From Eledone cirrhosa (Eukaryota): a DNA stretch of 64,000 bases. The DNA lies in assembly GCA_964016885.1 (NCBI GenBank), contig OZ024742.1, positions 241,180,001-241,244,000 of the forward strand, given 5' to 3'. A program made the position numbers and the translations under genes. Below the pieces are notes generated by a model. It searched no databases and was not told the DNA's origin. It saw only the letters and a list, made by a program, of their open reading frames with translations. This document shows positions 12,904-26,312 of this stretch, in pieces. Numbering within the stretch: position 1 is the stretch's first letter; every line of letters starts with the position of its first letter.

Positions 12904-15015
12904 TAATAACCACACCTGCCCCGTATCACCATCGCCCATCTCAACGAACTTTAATTCTAATCTAGCTTCACTTTATCTTATTTCATTTCATTGAATTTAA
13001 CCATATGTAGCCCGTATTTTGTATATCATGCTGCATACATAACCCACACCAAAAATCACACTAACCATGACACACGATATTAATAACCACCTATACCCTG
13101 TCTCAACATCGCCCACCACAATGAACTTATTGTATTGTACTCCATGTTACCATCTCTAAGCCCCCATTTGTATATCATGCCACACACATCACCATCACCA
13201 CCACCAAAATTCACATCAACATACACACCTCATAGTTGCAACATCGTATTAAATCGGTACCATATGATACGTTCTACTTTGCAATCCACAATGACAAGGC
13301 ACCTTGTAAATACAATGTCGATCATATCACACTATCGCCACCAACACCACACCACACATCGTCATGTGCATACCATACACGCCTACAACCTCATCCGCCC
13401 ATGTTCCCTCTATCTACCCTAACCTGCAACCCCACGCTAAATTCGACCCTGTAGCTGTACTGTCGCACGCATACACAACCACCGCCACCACTAAATACAT
13501 CCACATACTTCAACAATCATTATCATTACATCATCAACACATATCATCCCTCGCTCCCAAATCGACTGTATTATATACCCCCCACCCCCTGTCTGCCTAC
13601 CATATAACACACCGTAACCTCTGATCATGTAATCATCTTGCCGAACATATCACCCCAGCACCACCACCATCACCATGTCCACAACACACATCGCCGTCCG
13701 TCCATAAACGCTTTTCCCCCGCGTTCCCTATGTCACCTTTTAACCGGTATTCGATCCGGTATATATATTTTTGTCCCTCACAACACCACCACCACCACAA
13801 GACACAACTCCATACTTCATCAACACCGACAAAACATACCTCCACTCCCTAACCAACAATAGTGTGTGTGTCTGTGTGTAAGTATTTTACTCATGCGGGC
13901 GTTTTAAATGTGCGTGCGTGTACGCAAATTTATCTGTGTGTGTGTGTATGTGAACACATGTGTATGCATATGTCTATGTGTGTGTATATGTATATCTGTA
14001 TATATATATGTGTGTATGTGTATGCATGTGTATATGTGTGTGTATATATGTATGTGTATATATGTGGGTGTATGTGTACGTTTACATATATGTATATGGG
14101 TAAATCTGACTGTATGTGTAGGTGAGCTCATATATGTGCATGTATGTGTATATGTGCGTGTATGTGTGTGTTGTCGGTACATGTGTGTGTATATATATAT
14201 GTATATATATATGTGTGAGTATACGTGTGTGCGAGTGTGTATGTGTATATCTTGCATACATGACTGTGAGTCCATGTGCCCATACCCATGTGTATGTATG
14301 TGTATGTATATATGTAAAACACCTTCTACATCGCCTCTCACCTTCCCCCCATCTCTGTCGTTCGCCACCCCCACCGATACTCCCCCACTCTCCATATTGG
14401 TGCCCGCATGCGCGCATGCACATACATGTGTGTACATATACATATAGCTGTGTGTGAGCGTATGCCGATATGTGTGGGCAAGGATGTGCGTATGTGTTTT
14501 ATGTTGTGTGTGTTTATACAACAATATATGTGCACATATATACATATATGTGTGTACGTATACGTATATACAAGGTATCTGTCAGACGAAGAGCGTCTAA
14601 CTATGTATCTATGTAAGGACCTGACGCCACCAATACATCCACCACACCACCACAAACGCCGCTACCATAGACAAAGGCACCACTACCACACCCCCACCCA
14701 CACGCCAACCCGGCTACTGACAATCCACTAACCTCATACCACATCCCATCCCACTAAATAACCTTAACCACCACCACATCATCACATACACCCCACATAC
14801 TCTACACGCCAAGGCCAACCCACCACCAACACACCACAGCCCACCTCATCCACAGACCGTCACCAACATCCCACCATCACACCCACCCTCATATACACTA
14901 CAGGCCAGTACATCGCCTTGATCCTTATCACCAATCAAAACATCTCATTTTGTCAAACTCTTGAAACTGACTTTACCACATAGCATGTATATCATTTTCT
15001 TATAGCATTTTAAGA

Positions 15016-15102
15016 GGGTCCGTCGAGCTGCCGATTATTGAGTCGGGTAGGATCGATATAGATCGAACCTTGAGCTGATCAGTGGCGAAACGCGCGTCAC
15101 CT
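15016..15102 (+). ncRNA. Hammerhead-like motif with long branched stem II and a mutated core
   Basis: GGGT-CCGTCGA-GCTGCCGAT..ATCAGTGGC-GAAA-CGCGCG-TC-ACCT. Confidence 0.55.
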
Positions 15103-15158
15103 ATCAATAAATGCAATGAAGGAATAATCAATCGTCCTTTTTATCCTTTCTATATATG

Positions 15159-15295
<137 letters not shown>

Positions 15296-15519
15296 CGGCG
15301 ATGAATTAGTTTTGCGAGGTTTTTTATATGAAATCGTGTGTCGAAACAGATATTGTTATATTTGGGGAGGGTCATATTTGCGTAATATTGCCAGAATTAA
15401 TAACAGAACACACTCACTATGTAAACTATATATATATGTGTTTGTCTATATTGTATCTGTATTATTTTTGACCGCCGGTCAGTCAATGGCAACATTGAGG
15501 ACCGAGTAAGTTAGATCGC

Positions 15520-15593
<74 letters not shown>

Positions 15594-15684
15594 GTATATA
15601 TATGTATATATATATATATATGTATATATATATGTATATATATAAATATAAATGTATATATATATATATATGTATATATATATG

Positions 15685-15720
<36 letters not shown>

Positions 15721-15776
15721 ATATCGGTTTCAACACACGTTTTCAGATAAAGAATCTTGCTAAACAAATTCAGAAA

Positions 15777-15828
<52 letters not shown>

Positions 15829-16044
15829 CGTTTCTGAATTTGTTTATTTGTTTAGCAAGATTCTTTATCTGAAAACGTGTGTTGAAACCGATATTGTTAT
15901 ACTTTGGGAGGGTCATGTTGCCAATAAGAAACACACGCACCGCATGCTTTCACTTCAATTTATTATAATAAATTTATAAATTTAGGAATTTATAAATTTC
16001 CGGCTGGCTGGTTGGTTCCACAACCAGATGGTTGTTTATATATT

Positions 16045-16087
16045 GTCAAAGTTCTTTCGTCACACATTCTGTGACCTCTTCAGTGAC
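16045..16087 (-). ncRNA. Type I hammerhead (family D)
   Basis: GTCA-CTGAAGA-G-GTCAC agaatgt GTGAC-GAAA-GAAC-TT-TGAC. Confidence 0.78.
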
Positions 16088-16553
16088 TGGGGATTCTTTT
16101 CTTTGTTTTTTGTGCCTCTCCTTTGTTCTGTCCTACGCCATCTTGTTTTTTTGTGTGTGTTGTGTGCTTAGTTTGCATCCGGGTGTCTGTGTGTGTTTAT
16201 ATTCGTTTATTTATTTGTTTATTTACATGTTACTGGTTGGTTGTTTGTTCTATGTTCGTGTGTGTTTTCAGAGGCAATAAACATAAATGAATTACAACCA
16301 AAATTAAATAGAAAACATGAGTGGAACAGCAAGATCACAACTTACAATTAAAGACAAAATGAAAACACACACGCACATAGAACAAACAACCAACCAGTAA
16401 CATGTAAATAAACAAATAAGTAAACGAATATAAACACACACAGATACCCGGATGTAACACATGCGGAAACTAAGCACACAACACACACACAAAAACAAGA
16501 TGGCGTAGGACAGAACAAAGGAGAGGCACAAAAAACAAAGAAAAGAATCCCCA

Positions 16554-16596
16554 GTTACTGAAGAGGTCACAGAATGTGTGACGAAAGAACTTTGGC
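16554..16596 (+). ncRNA. Type I hammerhead (family D)
   Basis: GTTA-CTGAAGA-G-GTCAC..GTGAC-GAAA-GAAC-TT-TGGC; stem I retained through G-U pairs. Confidence 0.75.
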
Positions 16597-16742
16597 AATA
16601 TATAAACAACCATCTGGTTGTGGAACCAACCAACCAACCGGAAATTTATAAATTCCTAAATTTATAAATTTATTATAATAGATTGAAGTGAAAGCAACTG
16701 GTGCGTTTGTTTCTTACTGGCAACATGACCCTCCCAAAGTAT

Positions 16743-16820
<78 letters not shown>

Positions 16821-16922
16821 CAGGTTATCAATAATGTAGTGATAATATATCGTCACGTTAGAGATGAACAGCGTACGTGTAGGTTTGCTCAACGAGTATA
16901 AATTATATTCCGGAGAAAATGT

Positions 16923-17432
<510 letters not shown>

Positions 17433-17995
17433 AAAACTGCGATAATATTGCTTCTTGCTGAACTCCTTTTGTAGAGTTTTTTTCAGGATGTATTTGACTG
17501 TTATTTCTTGTAAATAAACAGTATAAACAGTCACTTTCATCCTGACGTCAGTAGCCCCGTTTTTCCTCATGTGCGTTTTTCATAATCACGCATGATGGTG
17601 AACTAGCCAGTTTTAGAATTCCCTTTTTGGCTTATAATTCTGTGGTAGCCCTCGTTATCTGTTGAGCTCTGCTGACGATTGAACTCCAACCGTGACCATC
17701 TCCACTGAAAGTTTTCATGAAATAGTCTTTAAGACTATACAGAGCATTTGATGTTTTTCCAAATTGAAGGATAAGTATTTTAAACTTTATTTTATCATGA
17801 GTTAAGGGTCTATTGATTTTTCCCTGGATTTCACTAAATTCTGTGGATGAATTTGTATCCTGATTCTCTTTTGAGATGAGTTTGAATTATTTTTCCTAAA
17901 TCTTACGTTAACTACTTTTCCCATCTTGACGACATAGTCGCATATATGTTATAGAATACTATTAGCTTCTCGCTAAAACAATTTCTATACCTTTC

Positions 17996-18064
<69 letters not shown>

Positions 18065-18369
18065 TTGGAATAGAATGAAACGAAATTTCATGTCTCACTC
18101 TTAGTACGGCACTTACTTAAATGTAAGTATGTATGTATACGTACATACATATATGTATACAGACGTACAGTAGCATGTATATATATATATCTCTCTCTCT
18201 ATATATATATATATACATACAGGTACACATATATATATGTACGTATCAGTTTAGCGGACGTTTATTATAACGCTCGCTTTGTCCGTTTGTAAACAAACGG
18301 ACAGCCTGCTTTATGCCGTACGGTGTTAAGGCAACCACGTCACCTTTTTGTTCAACACTGACACAGGAA

Positions 18370-18410
18370 CGATGTACTAGTTTCAAGCTTATTAGCTATC
18401 GTCAGCACCG
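18370..18410 (-). ncRNA. Canonical minimal type I hammerhead ribozyme
   Basis: CGGTG-CTGACGA-TAGC taataa GCTT-GAAA-CTAG-TA-CATCG; intact core, GUA site, palindromic stem III. Confidence 0.82.
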
Positions 18411-18509
18411 TATACCCTTCTGCCAGATGGTTGAACGTTCGAAAGTATATACTTTCCTTATGAAAATTAACGGCTGAACAGCCTAATTTGCATATCGAGT
18501 GAGTTCAGT

Positions 18510-19188
18510 CGGCCAGGCGCACCGAAAACGATAGAGTGTTGGACACCATGCTTAGTGGCAAAGTTACGTCCCTTTACGTTCTGAATTTAAATACCGCCGA
18601 TGTTAGCTTTGCCTTTCATCCTTACAGGATCGGTAAAATAAAGTCCCAGTAATGCATTGGGGTTGATTTAATCGACTTTGCCTTCCTCCAAAATTTCTGG
18701 CCTTGTGCCTAAATCAGAAATCATTATTATTTTTATTATTTGGCAGACAACATGCGTCAGACAACATGCTTTTTGGCATTTAGTTACAACCCTTTATATT
18801 TGTGGCATTTAGGTATGTCTCTTTACGTTTTGAGTTCAAATCCCGCCGAGGTTAACTTTGCCTCTCTTCCTTACAGGGTCGATAAATTAAAGTACCAGTA
18901 AAACATTAGGGATTAATATAATCGACTTTCCCTCCTGCCATAAATTGTTGGCCTTCTGCCTAAATCAGAAACCATTGGCAGTATCGGTAGAGGGTCGGAC
19001 GCCATGCTTTGCAGCATAGAGTTACGGCCCTTTTATGATCTGAGTTCAGATCCCGCCGAGGTTAACTTTACCTTTCATCCTTACGGGGTTCGATAAAATA
19101 AAGTACCAGTCACGCACTGGGGTCGATTTAATCGACTTTTCCCTTCACCCAAAATTTCTGGCCTTGTGCCTATATAAGAAACCATTAT
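18510..19188 (+). mobile_element. Three tandem copies of an Octopus-type SINE
   Basis: Repeated gagttcaaatcccgccgaggttaactttgcctttcatcc..ggggtcgat..aagtaccagt..aatcgact..tggccttgtgcc..agaaaccatt. Confidence 0.85.
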
Positions 19189-19527
19189 TAGACAGCAAAG
19201 TTTCAGATTATACATTAAGTTGGTCAACAGTATGACTAAATACGTAGACATTTTGAATTCTCTATTCAAAAATATACTGATTTTTATACACATTTACTTA
19301 AATCTTGAAAAGACAGACACTGGCGCACACACACACATAGATGTATATATTGGAATTAGTAAAATATATTACGTGGGGTCTTTATAATACATGTTGATTA
19401 TCTCTTTATTTACAGACGTTTCTAATGTAACTAATTTATCTATTCACACGCTATCTGAATTACCTATTTTTCTCTTTCTTTACTATGGGTGATCTGAAAC
19501 AAATAAATATGGTTTTATATATATATG

Positions 19528-19648
<121 letters not shown>

Positions 19649-19707
19649 ATATATATATGTATATCTATATATCTATATATATGTATATATATATGTATAT
19701 ATATATG

Positions 19708-19761
<54 letters not shown>

Positions 19762-19767
19762 TATGTG

Positions 19768-19824
<57 letters not shown>

Positions 19825-19868
19825 GGATCACACGAACACACACACATATATATATATACATACATGCT

Positions 19869-19922
<54 letters not shown>

Positions 19923-19966
19923 TATATTATATACATATACATATACATATATATATATATATATAA

Positions 19967-20018
<52 letters not shown>

Positions 20019-21257
20019 TTATATGTACATAAATATATGCATATATATATATTTATATATGCATCTATATGAATATTTATGTATATGTATATATGTATAT
20101 ATATAATATATAATATATAATATATATAATATATATATATACACACACATATATATATGTATATATATGTATGTATAAATATATATATATAATTATATTT
20201 ATGCATGTATGAATTATATAGGCACAGCGAAATAATCTTAATTAGCTTCTAGTCAATGGAAAAAGATAACAACAACAACAACAATAACGTCAACAAGAAA
20301 AGTTAAGTGAAGTCTGCAAAAGACCAAAATATTTTTCAAATCATTGTTAACCGGAAAAATGGTGGAAAAAAACCCATAAAAGCCTAGGTTTTAATAACCA
20401 CAACGACAACAACAATAACAACAACACGAACAGCAGCAGCAGCAGCAGCAGTATAGCAGCTACGACAATAACCCCTTGATTAATAATATCTTCAGCAACG
20501 GTCGACATGATGAACAATAATTTGAACAGCATCAACAACAAATATCTCAGCAGTTTCACTCTTACGTGTAGAAGGAAATCATGCATGGTGATAAAAAGTG
20601 TTTACGTGTCATATTAATTATTAATTACGACTCTGTTGAGCAGCAAAAACTCCTAAGAAAAATACACAAAGATTAAAGCAATTATAATCAATAATTTTGT
20701 TAACTTTGGAATATAAAGAACCAATGATTGAGAAGATATAATATCAACTTCCGGTCGAAGTGTCTTGTTCATATTTCATGACGAGAGTTGCATTATGTTT
20801 TCTTTTCTTTCTCCTTTTTGTAGGATGAGGTGGAAAAGTGGACATGTGTTTAGTTATTATATGTTAAAAATCCATGGCAGCGGTGAAAGAAAGATTAAAA
20901 GCAAGTTTGTGTAACATGTCATTTATCTCAAGAAATGGTTTTGCCTGAAAAACGATTTTTAGCTCCTTTTCAGCCTTGACCGGGAACACTTATGATGAAA
21001 AAAAGTCCAGCCATGACCACCTCACATTTTTGTATGTCTGGCATTCTATTATACAACGTGTCCCAGTATTTCTTTAAAATAGTTGGGTGTGGTAGGAGGG
21101 AGATATCGCTGGTATTTCTAGCAAGGTTTCTAACCATTTAGTGGCTTGCTAGGTGTTTCTTATTGTCCGATGGCCCAGTACGTCCTTTAAGATGCAGTTT
21201 AAGGGGATTTTCTTGTCTTTTTTTGTAGCATAACGACGGATCACGTGAGAATACGTA

Positions 21258-21455
21258 CGAGGGCGGGCTGAAAAGTTCATAATATGACTATGAAGGAGTG
21301 ATGCTAGGGCTGTGAAGTCTTGCATGCATTAATTTCAACTCATCTTATTAATAACTGCATTGATTCTTTTCAGGGAATATGTTGAAAAATAAACCTCATT
21401 TGGTTATTCCATGAGAGTTTCTTGGTCAGCCTAAGAACTCTTCAGCCGACTCTCG
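21258..21455. mobile_element. Mariner-derived MITE
   Basis: TA|cgagggcgggctgaaaagttc ... gaactcttcagccgactctcg|ca imperfect terminal inverted repeats. Confidence 0.7.
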
Positions 21456-21608
21456 CATGTTGTCTGCGAAGGCAAATATTAAGAATTGAAGTAAATCCCT
21501 AAAACAAAAGATTACGAGAATGTTTAACCCAACTCTCTGCTGAAAACAAGAACACTTGCTGCATGAATATAATTTAGGTAATTAGAATTGAAATTAATTT
21601 TTCAATTA

Positions 21609-21791
21609 CAAACCTGCCAACCTCTAAAAATGTGGAGTACCATGAAAAAAGTGCCCCCAAACGGGGAGAAATGGGGCACAATGGGGAGATCTTACTTAAT
21701 GAAAGCTATACACATTTTCACAAGAGAAGACATCACTCACCTACCCTAAAGTGGGTGGGAAATCTCCCCATCTAGCGGGTTCACAGGTCTG
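21609..21791. mobile_element. Possible small MITE
   Basis: caaacctgccaacc ... gggtttcacaggtctg imperfect inverted ends; no clear TSD. Confidence 0.35.
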
Positions 21792-22351
21792 AAATTATTT
21801 TTCGGTATTTTAAATTTCGGTCTTATATGTGCCCGGGATTCCGTTTCGCCGTGTTATGAATGTGAACAGGAAATTAATTCCAAAGGGTTTCATTTGTAGA
21901 AGCAATACATTTATGTGACGAGAAAAAGTGAATCAAGAATCATTGAGTTATGCACAACTTAAGAGTTCAGAAGAACAGGAATCATTGTGTCAACAATAGA
22001 TGAGACAGAAAAAAGATTTAGATTGGCGGTGTGTAAGACTCTGTACTATGTTGATATATTAATGTTTTCAAATTAGCTTGATGATTTTTGAGTAGCACAT
22101 TTAAGTTTTCTTTAAGATCTTGTTTTTGTTGAAAAGGAGTTCAAACACAGCCTGCCTTTGCTATCCAAAGATATTAATGATGCCCATCAGCAAAAATGAA
22201 CGCTATTAGTGTCAGTGAAAGAAAGAAAGAAATAATTACCAAAACGACTAAAATAATCAAACGAAAGACATACAAATAAAGAATAATTGAAGTAATAAAA
22301 TTAATTAGAACATAAAAATAATATTGTCAATTTATTGACAAACCTGCAGAA

Positions 22352-25300
22352 AATAATGGTTTCTTTATTGGTCACAAGGGCTGACACGAAGAAAAACATT
22401 AGAGACGGCACAGAACAGTACAGGACGATACAAAGTGGGTTTTGGTCGTGTAAACAGGTTTTAACAAAATCGGGCTAGAAATCCAAAAAATTTAAACAAC
22501 AAAAAATCCCCAGGAATGGGGAAACCTCCGAGGGTTATCCGTGGTGAAAACCACACAAAAGACCACGGCAACCCTGATCACCAGGGCAAGCGCCCTCTCT
22601 CACTTTTCCCACTCCTCAGTCTACAGAAGCATAATCAGAGCGGGCCCATTCACTCGGACCAGACTCGCCACTTTCACCCACCTTTCAACAAACTTACTAG
22701 AAGACAGCACTTGCCTCTCCACCCTGATTTACCTCTTCAAGTGAAACTTGAAAAAGTTAATCAGGGATTGGCAGGAGAAGAAGAAAGTGTCCGTCTTCAA
22801 CGCTTTCAACCTTGTCCACCACACAATCTCTTTCGCCATGGCCACCAGGCAGATGAAAACTGTCTGCCCTTCCTCTTCTTTAAAGGAGGATGGCGGGGCT
22901 ATCTGGACAATGGACACAGTCGATAACCGGATCGGTCCTACACGCGACAGCAGCTGTTCGACATAACTCCACAAGTCAGCAATCCTCGGGCACTGAACGA
23001 GTGCGTGCAGGACGGTTTCGTCGCCCTGCGCGCATCTCGGACAGCCTCGGCTGACATCACCTCCGTGCCTGTAGACCTTATCCCGAACCGGCAACGCTTC
23101 TCGGTAGCACTGCCAGGTGGGATTTCTGGAAGTTGTCCATAGGCCCCGGTCTGAAAGTTCTCTTGAAGAGAGCGAACAGCTGATCGTCTTCGATGCCCAG
23201 GGTCTCCCTCGTCGTTCTTTCCCTCCACTAGCCCTCTATAGAATGCCGAGGAGGATGTTCCACCGATACTAGTGCCCAGCTGGTAGAGGGCGATGAGCGC
23301 TTGGAGACATTCCAGCTTCCAAGCGCAATCCTTCGGTCTTTTCCTGATCCAGGACTGTAGCTCCGTCAAGGAGACGAGCTGCTTGAAAAGCGTGTCTGGT
23401 AAACGGCGACCACACCTGTTCACCGCCAAGGAAGCACCAGAGATGTTGCAGCCTCAGCGCATGTTTGCGCATCATCAGCCACGGCATGCCTAGTCCTCCA
23501 CGCAACGGGTATTGAAAACAAATGGATCGTCTGGCCATAGGAGCACATCCCTTCCACAAATAGCGGAAGAGAAGGCGCTCCATTTTGGTCAGAGTTGGGC
23601 GGGGGCAAAGTACGACGGTCAGGTGGTAGCAGATGACGGATGCTATGTACGCATTCGCCACCTTCGCCCGACCTTTCACACTCAGCCTCCTCTCGGCCTA
23701 TTTCTGTGTGAGAGAGGCCACCCTGCTCGTCACCTCGCTCCAGTTTTTCTCCATCTGGAGGTCGGGACCGAACCAGACCCCGAGCAATTTAACCGGTCCT
23801 TCCGAACAGCGCCCCACGACGCTGTCGGACGGTATGAACTTGCCTCTCCATGTTCCGAGTTGCAAGCCCACCGACCTTTCCTGCTTTATCTTTGCTCCTG
23901 TCACCGCTTCGCATTCCTTGAGAGCGGTGCCGAGCATCTGGACGTGTTTGGTGCTCGACACCACCACGGTGTAAGCTGACACGGATCTCCCGCATCCCAC
24001 TTCGCGTGGGGCCCCCCTCATCGTGTCCAATTTGTGCAGTAACGGCTCTAGGGCAAGTACGGACAAGAGGTACGAGAGGGGGCAACCCTGGCGGACCGAG
24101 CGCATGATGCTGAAAGGATGCGACAGGTGACCATTAACCCTCACAATCAAGCAGATGTCGCTGTGCATCGTAGCGATCCAGCCCCTAAAAACGGACCCGA
24201 AGCCGGCCACCTCGAGGACCGCAGCCAGGTACCGATGGTCGACCCTATCAAATGCTTTAGATTGATCCAGGTTGTGCCAAGTTCTTTAACCACCCTCTCT
24301 ATGATGTCTCGCATGAGATGGAGGTTGTCGTGGATGGATCTGTTACGGATGGCGCATGTCTGCGCCTCTCCCACCAGATCACCGACGACAAGCGCCAATC
24401 TCTTTGCTAACACCTTGGCCAAAATCTTAAACTCTGAAGTTGTCTATAACGTCCCCCTTCTTAGGGTCTTTTATCAGCAGCTTCACCGTTCCCCGGCTCA
24501 CAAAACTGGGACGCTCCCGTTCTGCTGCAAGTTGCAGTAGACATCTGCAAAGAGGTCGCCTAAAGCTCATAGGGCAGACATCATACTGGCGATTTACCCC
24601 TCGTGCAGTCAGACATCGCTTCCCGTTTTTCACCTGCTGTTATCGGCTTTTCGCAACACTGCTCTGCGGTCGTCGATAGCCGCGGAAGTCCGTCGATGTA
24701 TGCACCGAAGTCCATACTCCGAACCGGCCCGCTCCCGAACAATTGAGCAAAGTGCTGTTGAAAAGCCGCACACATCTGCTCGGGTTCGAGCAACATGTGC
24801 CCGTTTTGAAATGGCAAAGACCAAATTGTGGACTTGTTGCCACGTCGCGCCTCCACCACCTGGGCCCATTGAACGGCTTTCGTCCCCTCGTGTCTTAGAG
24901 CACGCGCTCTAGCTCTGACAATGCAGCTTTCATGCTTTGCGTTGAAGAATTGGTCGAGTGTCTATCTCGCCGCAAGCACGTCGGTTGTGATGCCTGTCTT
25001 AAACGCCTCTTCTAGCTTTCTAACTAACTCTCCCTCTACTCTATTTTCCTCTATCACTACTCCTCTGATAAACCTTATCAATTCTACTCTAATCGCCCTT
25101 TTCAGGGTAAACCACCAGCTGTTGTTGACGATCGCACCCGTCAACGCACGCTTAACTAATTCGCTAATCCAGTCTCTGTAAGCTTTGCGCGCCGGGAACG
25201 ACGCGTTCAGCTTCCAGTAGCCGGGCCTTTGCCTATGGAGTCTATCTAAGTCAACTTTACAGATAACAAATGTGTGGTCGACTACTTTAAATTGTGGACA

Positions 25301-26311
25301 ACCTACACTAACCTTATCTGTTTCCCTACAGAAAACCCTATCTAAATACGATCTGGATGACCCGATGCGGTTTGCCCAAATCCACATTGGCACATTCGGA
25401 TAATCCAGTCTATACCTGTCAGACAGTTCCAAACGTCTGAGCAGGTTGTTGAGGCTTTTACACCCTCCTGCCCTGTCTACTAGCCTCACATAATCCCAGC
25501 GTGCATCTAAGATACCGACCCAGTCGCCCACTAACACTAAAGAGCGGGACGTTCCAAGAAAGGTCTCTAGACGTCTGAAGAAATCTGGCCGTCCTGCCCC
25601 TGTTGGGGCGTAGACGACTACTAGCCTGAAAGCATTGCCTTTGCTGCCGGTCACGTCCAGCACCACCGACTTACCTTCTGGGTCGAGGAAGATGGCCCCT
25701 ATGGCGAGATCCAAGCCTCTCCGAAAAAGCATCGCAACCCCTCCCCCCGATCCTAGACGACTGGGAGATGCGTATACATCGTAGCCGCCGAAGATCGGTG
25801 CGAAGGCTCGTGCTTCAGAGATTCTGGTCTCGCTGATGGCCACCACATCTATGTTGAGCACGTGACCCTGCTTCCAAGATGACCCCAGGCCAAGTACATT
25901 TATACTGCCTATTCTAAGTACGGCCATGTTGGATGAGAAGCGGGGTAAGTGAGAAAGGATCACTTACCTTGATCGTGTGGTGAAGGGACAGTAGACCGTC
26001 CCTTTGGCTGGTTATGGGTGTTTCCAAGAGGATGTTGGTGTATATCCTCTTGGTAACCGACCCTCTGAATTCTCCAACTGCATTGGGAATTTTTGCTTTA
26101 AAAGTTTGTAATGTTCTATTGAGATTTCTATGATGCTTATGTTTGTCGGGACAGTTCTTGGTGTTGGTTGGGTGTAGTAGTTTTTTTCTGTGATGTCTGT
26201 GTGCTGCTCTATGTGTTGTAGAAGTTCTTTATTTGCCATGTTTATGGCTGTGTACTTTTTTAGGGGGGGGGGGGCGATTTTGCGATTTTGAACATCACAA
26301 CCTTTACACAT
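22352..26311 (-). mobile_element. Tx1/L1-like LINE, degraded (ORF1 remnant, APE endonuclease, RT, C-terminal zinc finger, 3' UTR)
   Basis: IGSINV, VAISET, VVYAP, LVGDW, SYLDR, GYWKLN; AKVLAKRL, SVRQGCPLS, KLLGVWFG; CPRC..ETVLHALVQC; AATAAA near 22365. Confidence 0.92.
24962..25963 (-). pseudogene. APE-type endonuclease domain of Tx1/L1-like ORF2
   Basis: 333-aa ORF with EEP-family motifs and small internal deletions. Confidence 0.88.
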
Positions 26312-26312
26312 A

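Larger units (their letters stand above)
12337..15150 (+). mobile_element. Second Naiad-like PLE, truncated at the endonuclease, with a long CA-rich 3' region and terminal HHR-like motif
   Basis: Starts and ends in (TA)n; GIY-YIG domain at its start; the interior may contain secondary insertions. Confidence 0.75.

Noticed and set aside
15855-15901. CTGAAAA..GAAA as a hammerhead in the family D tail
   Set aside because: It is antisense to the clear family D HHR, has no stable stem II, and is not conserved at 15325 or 61410.
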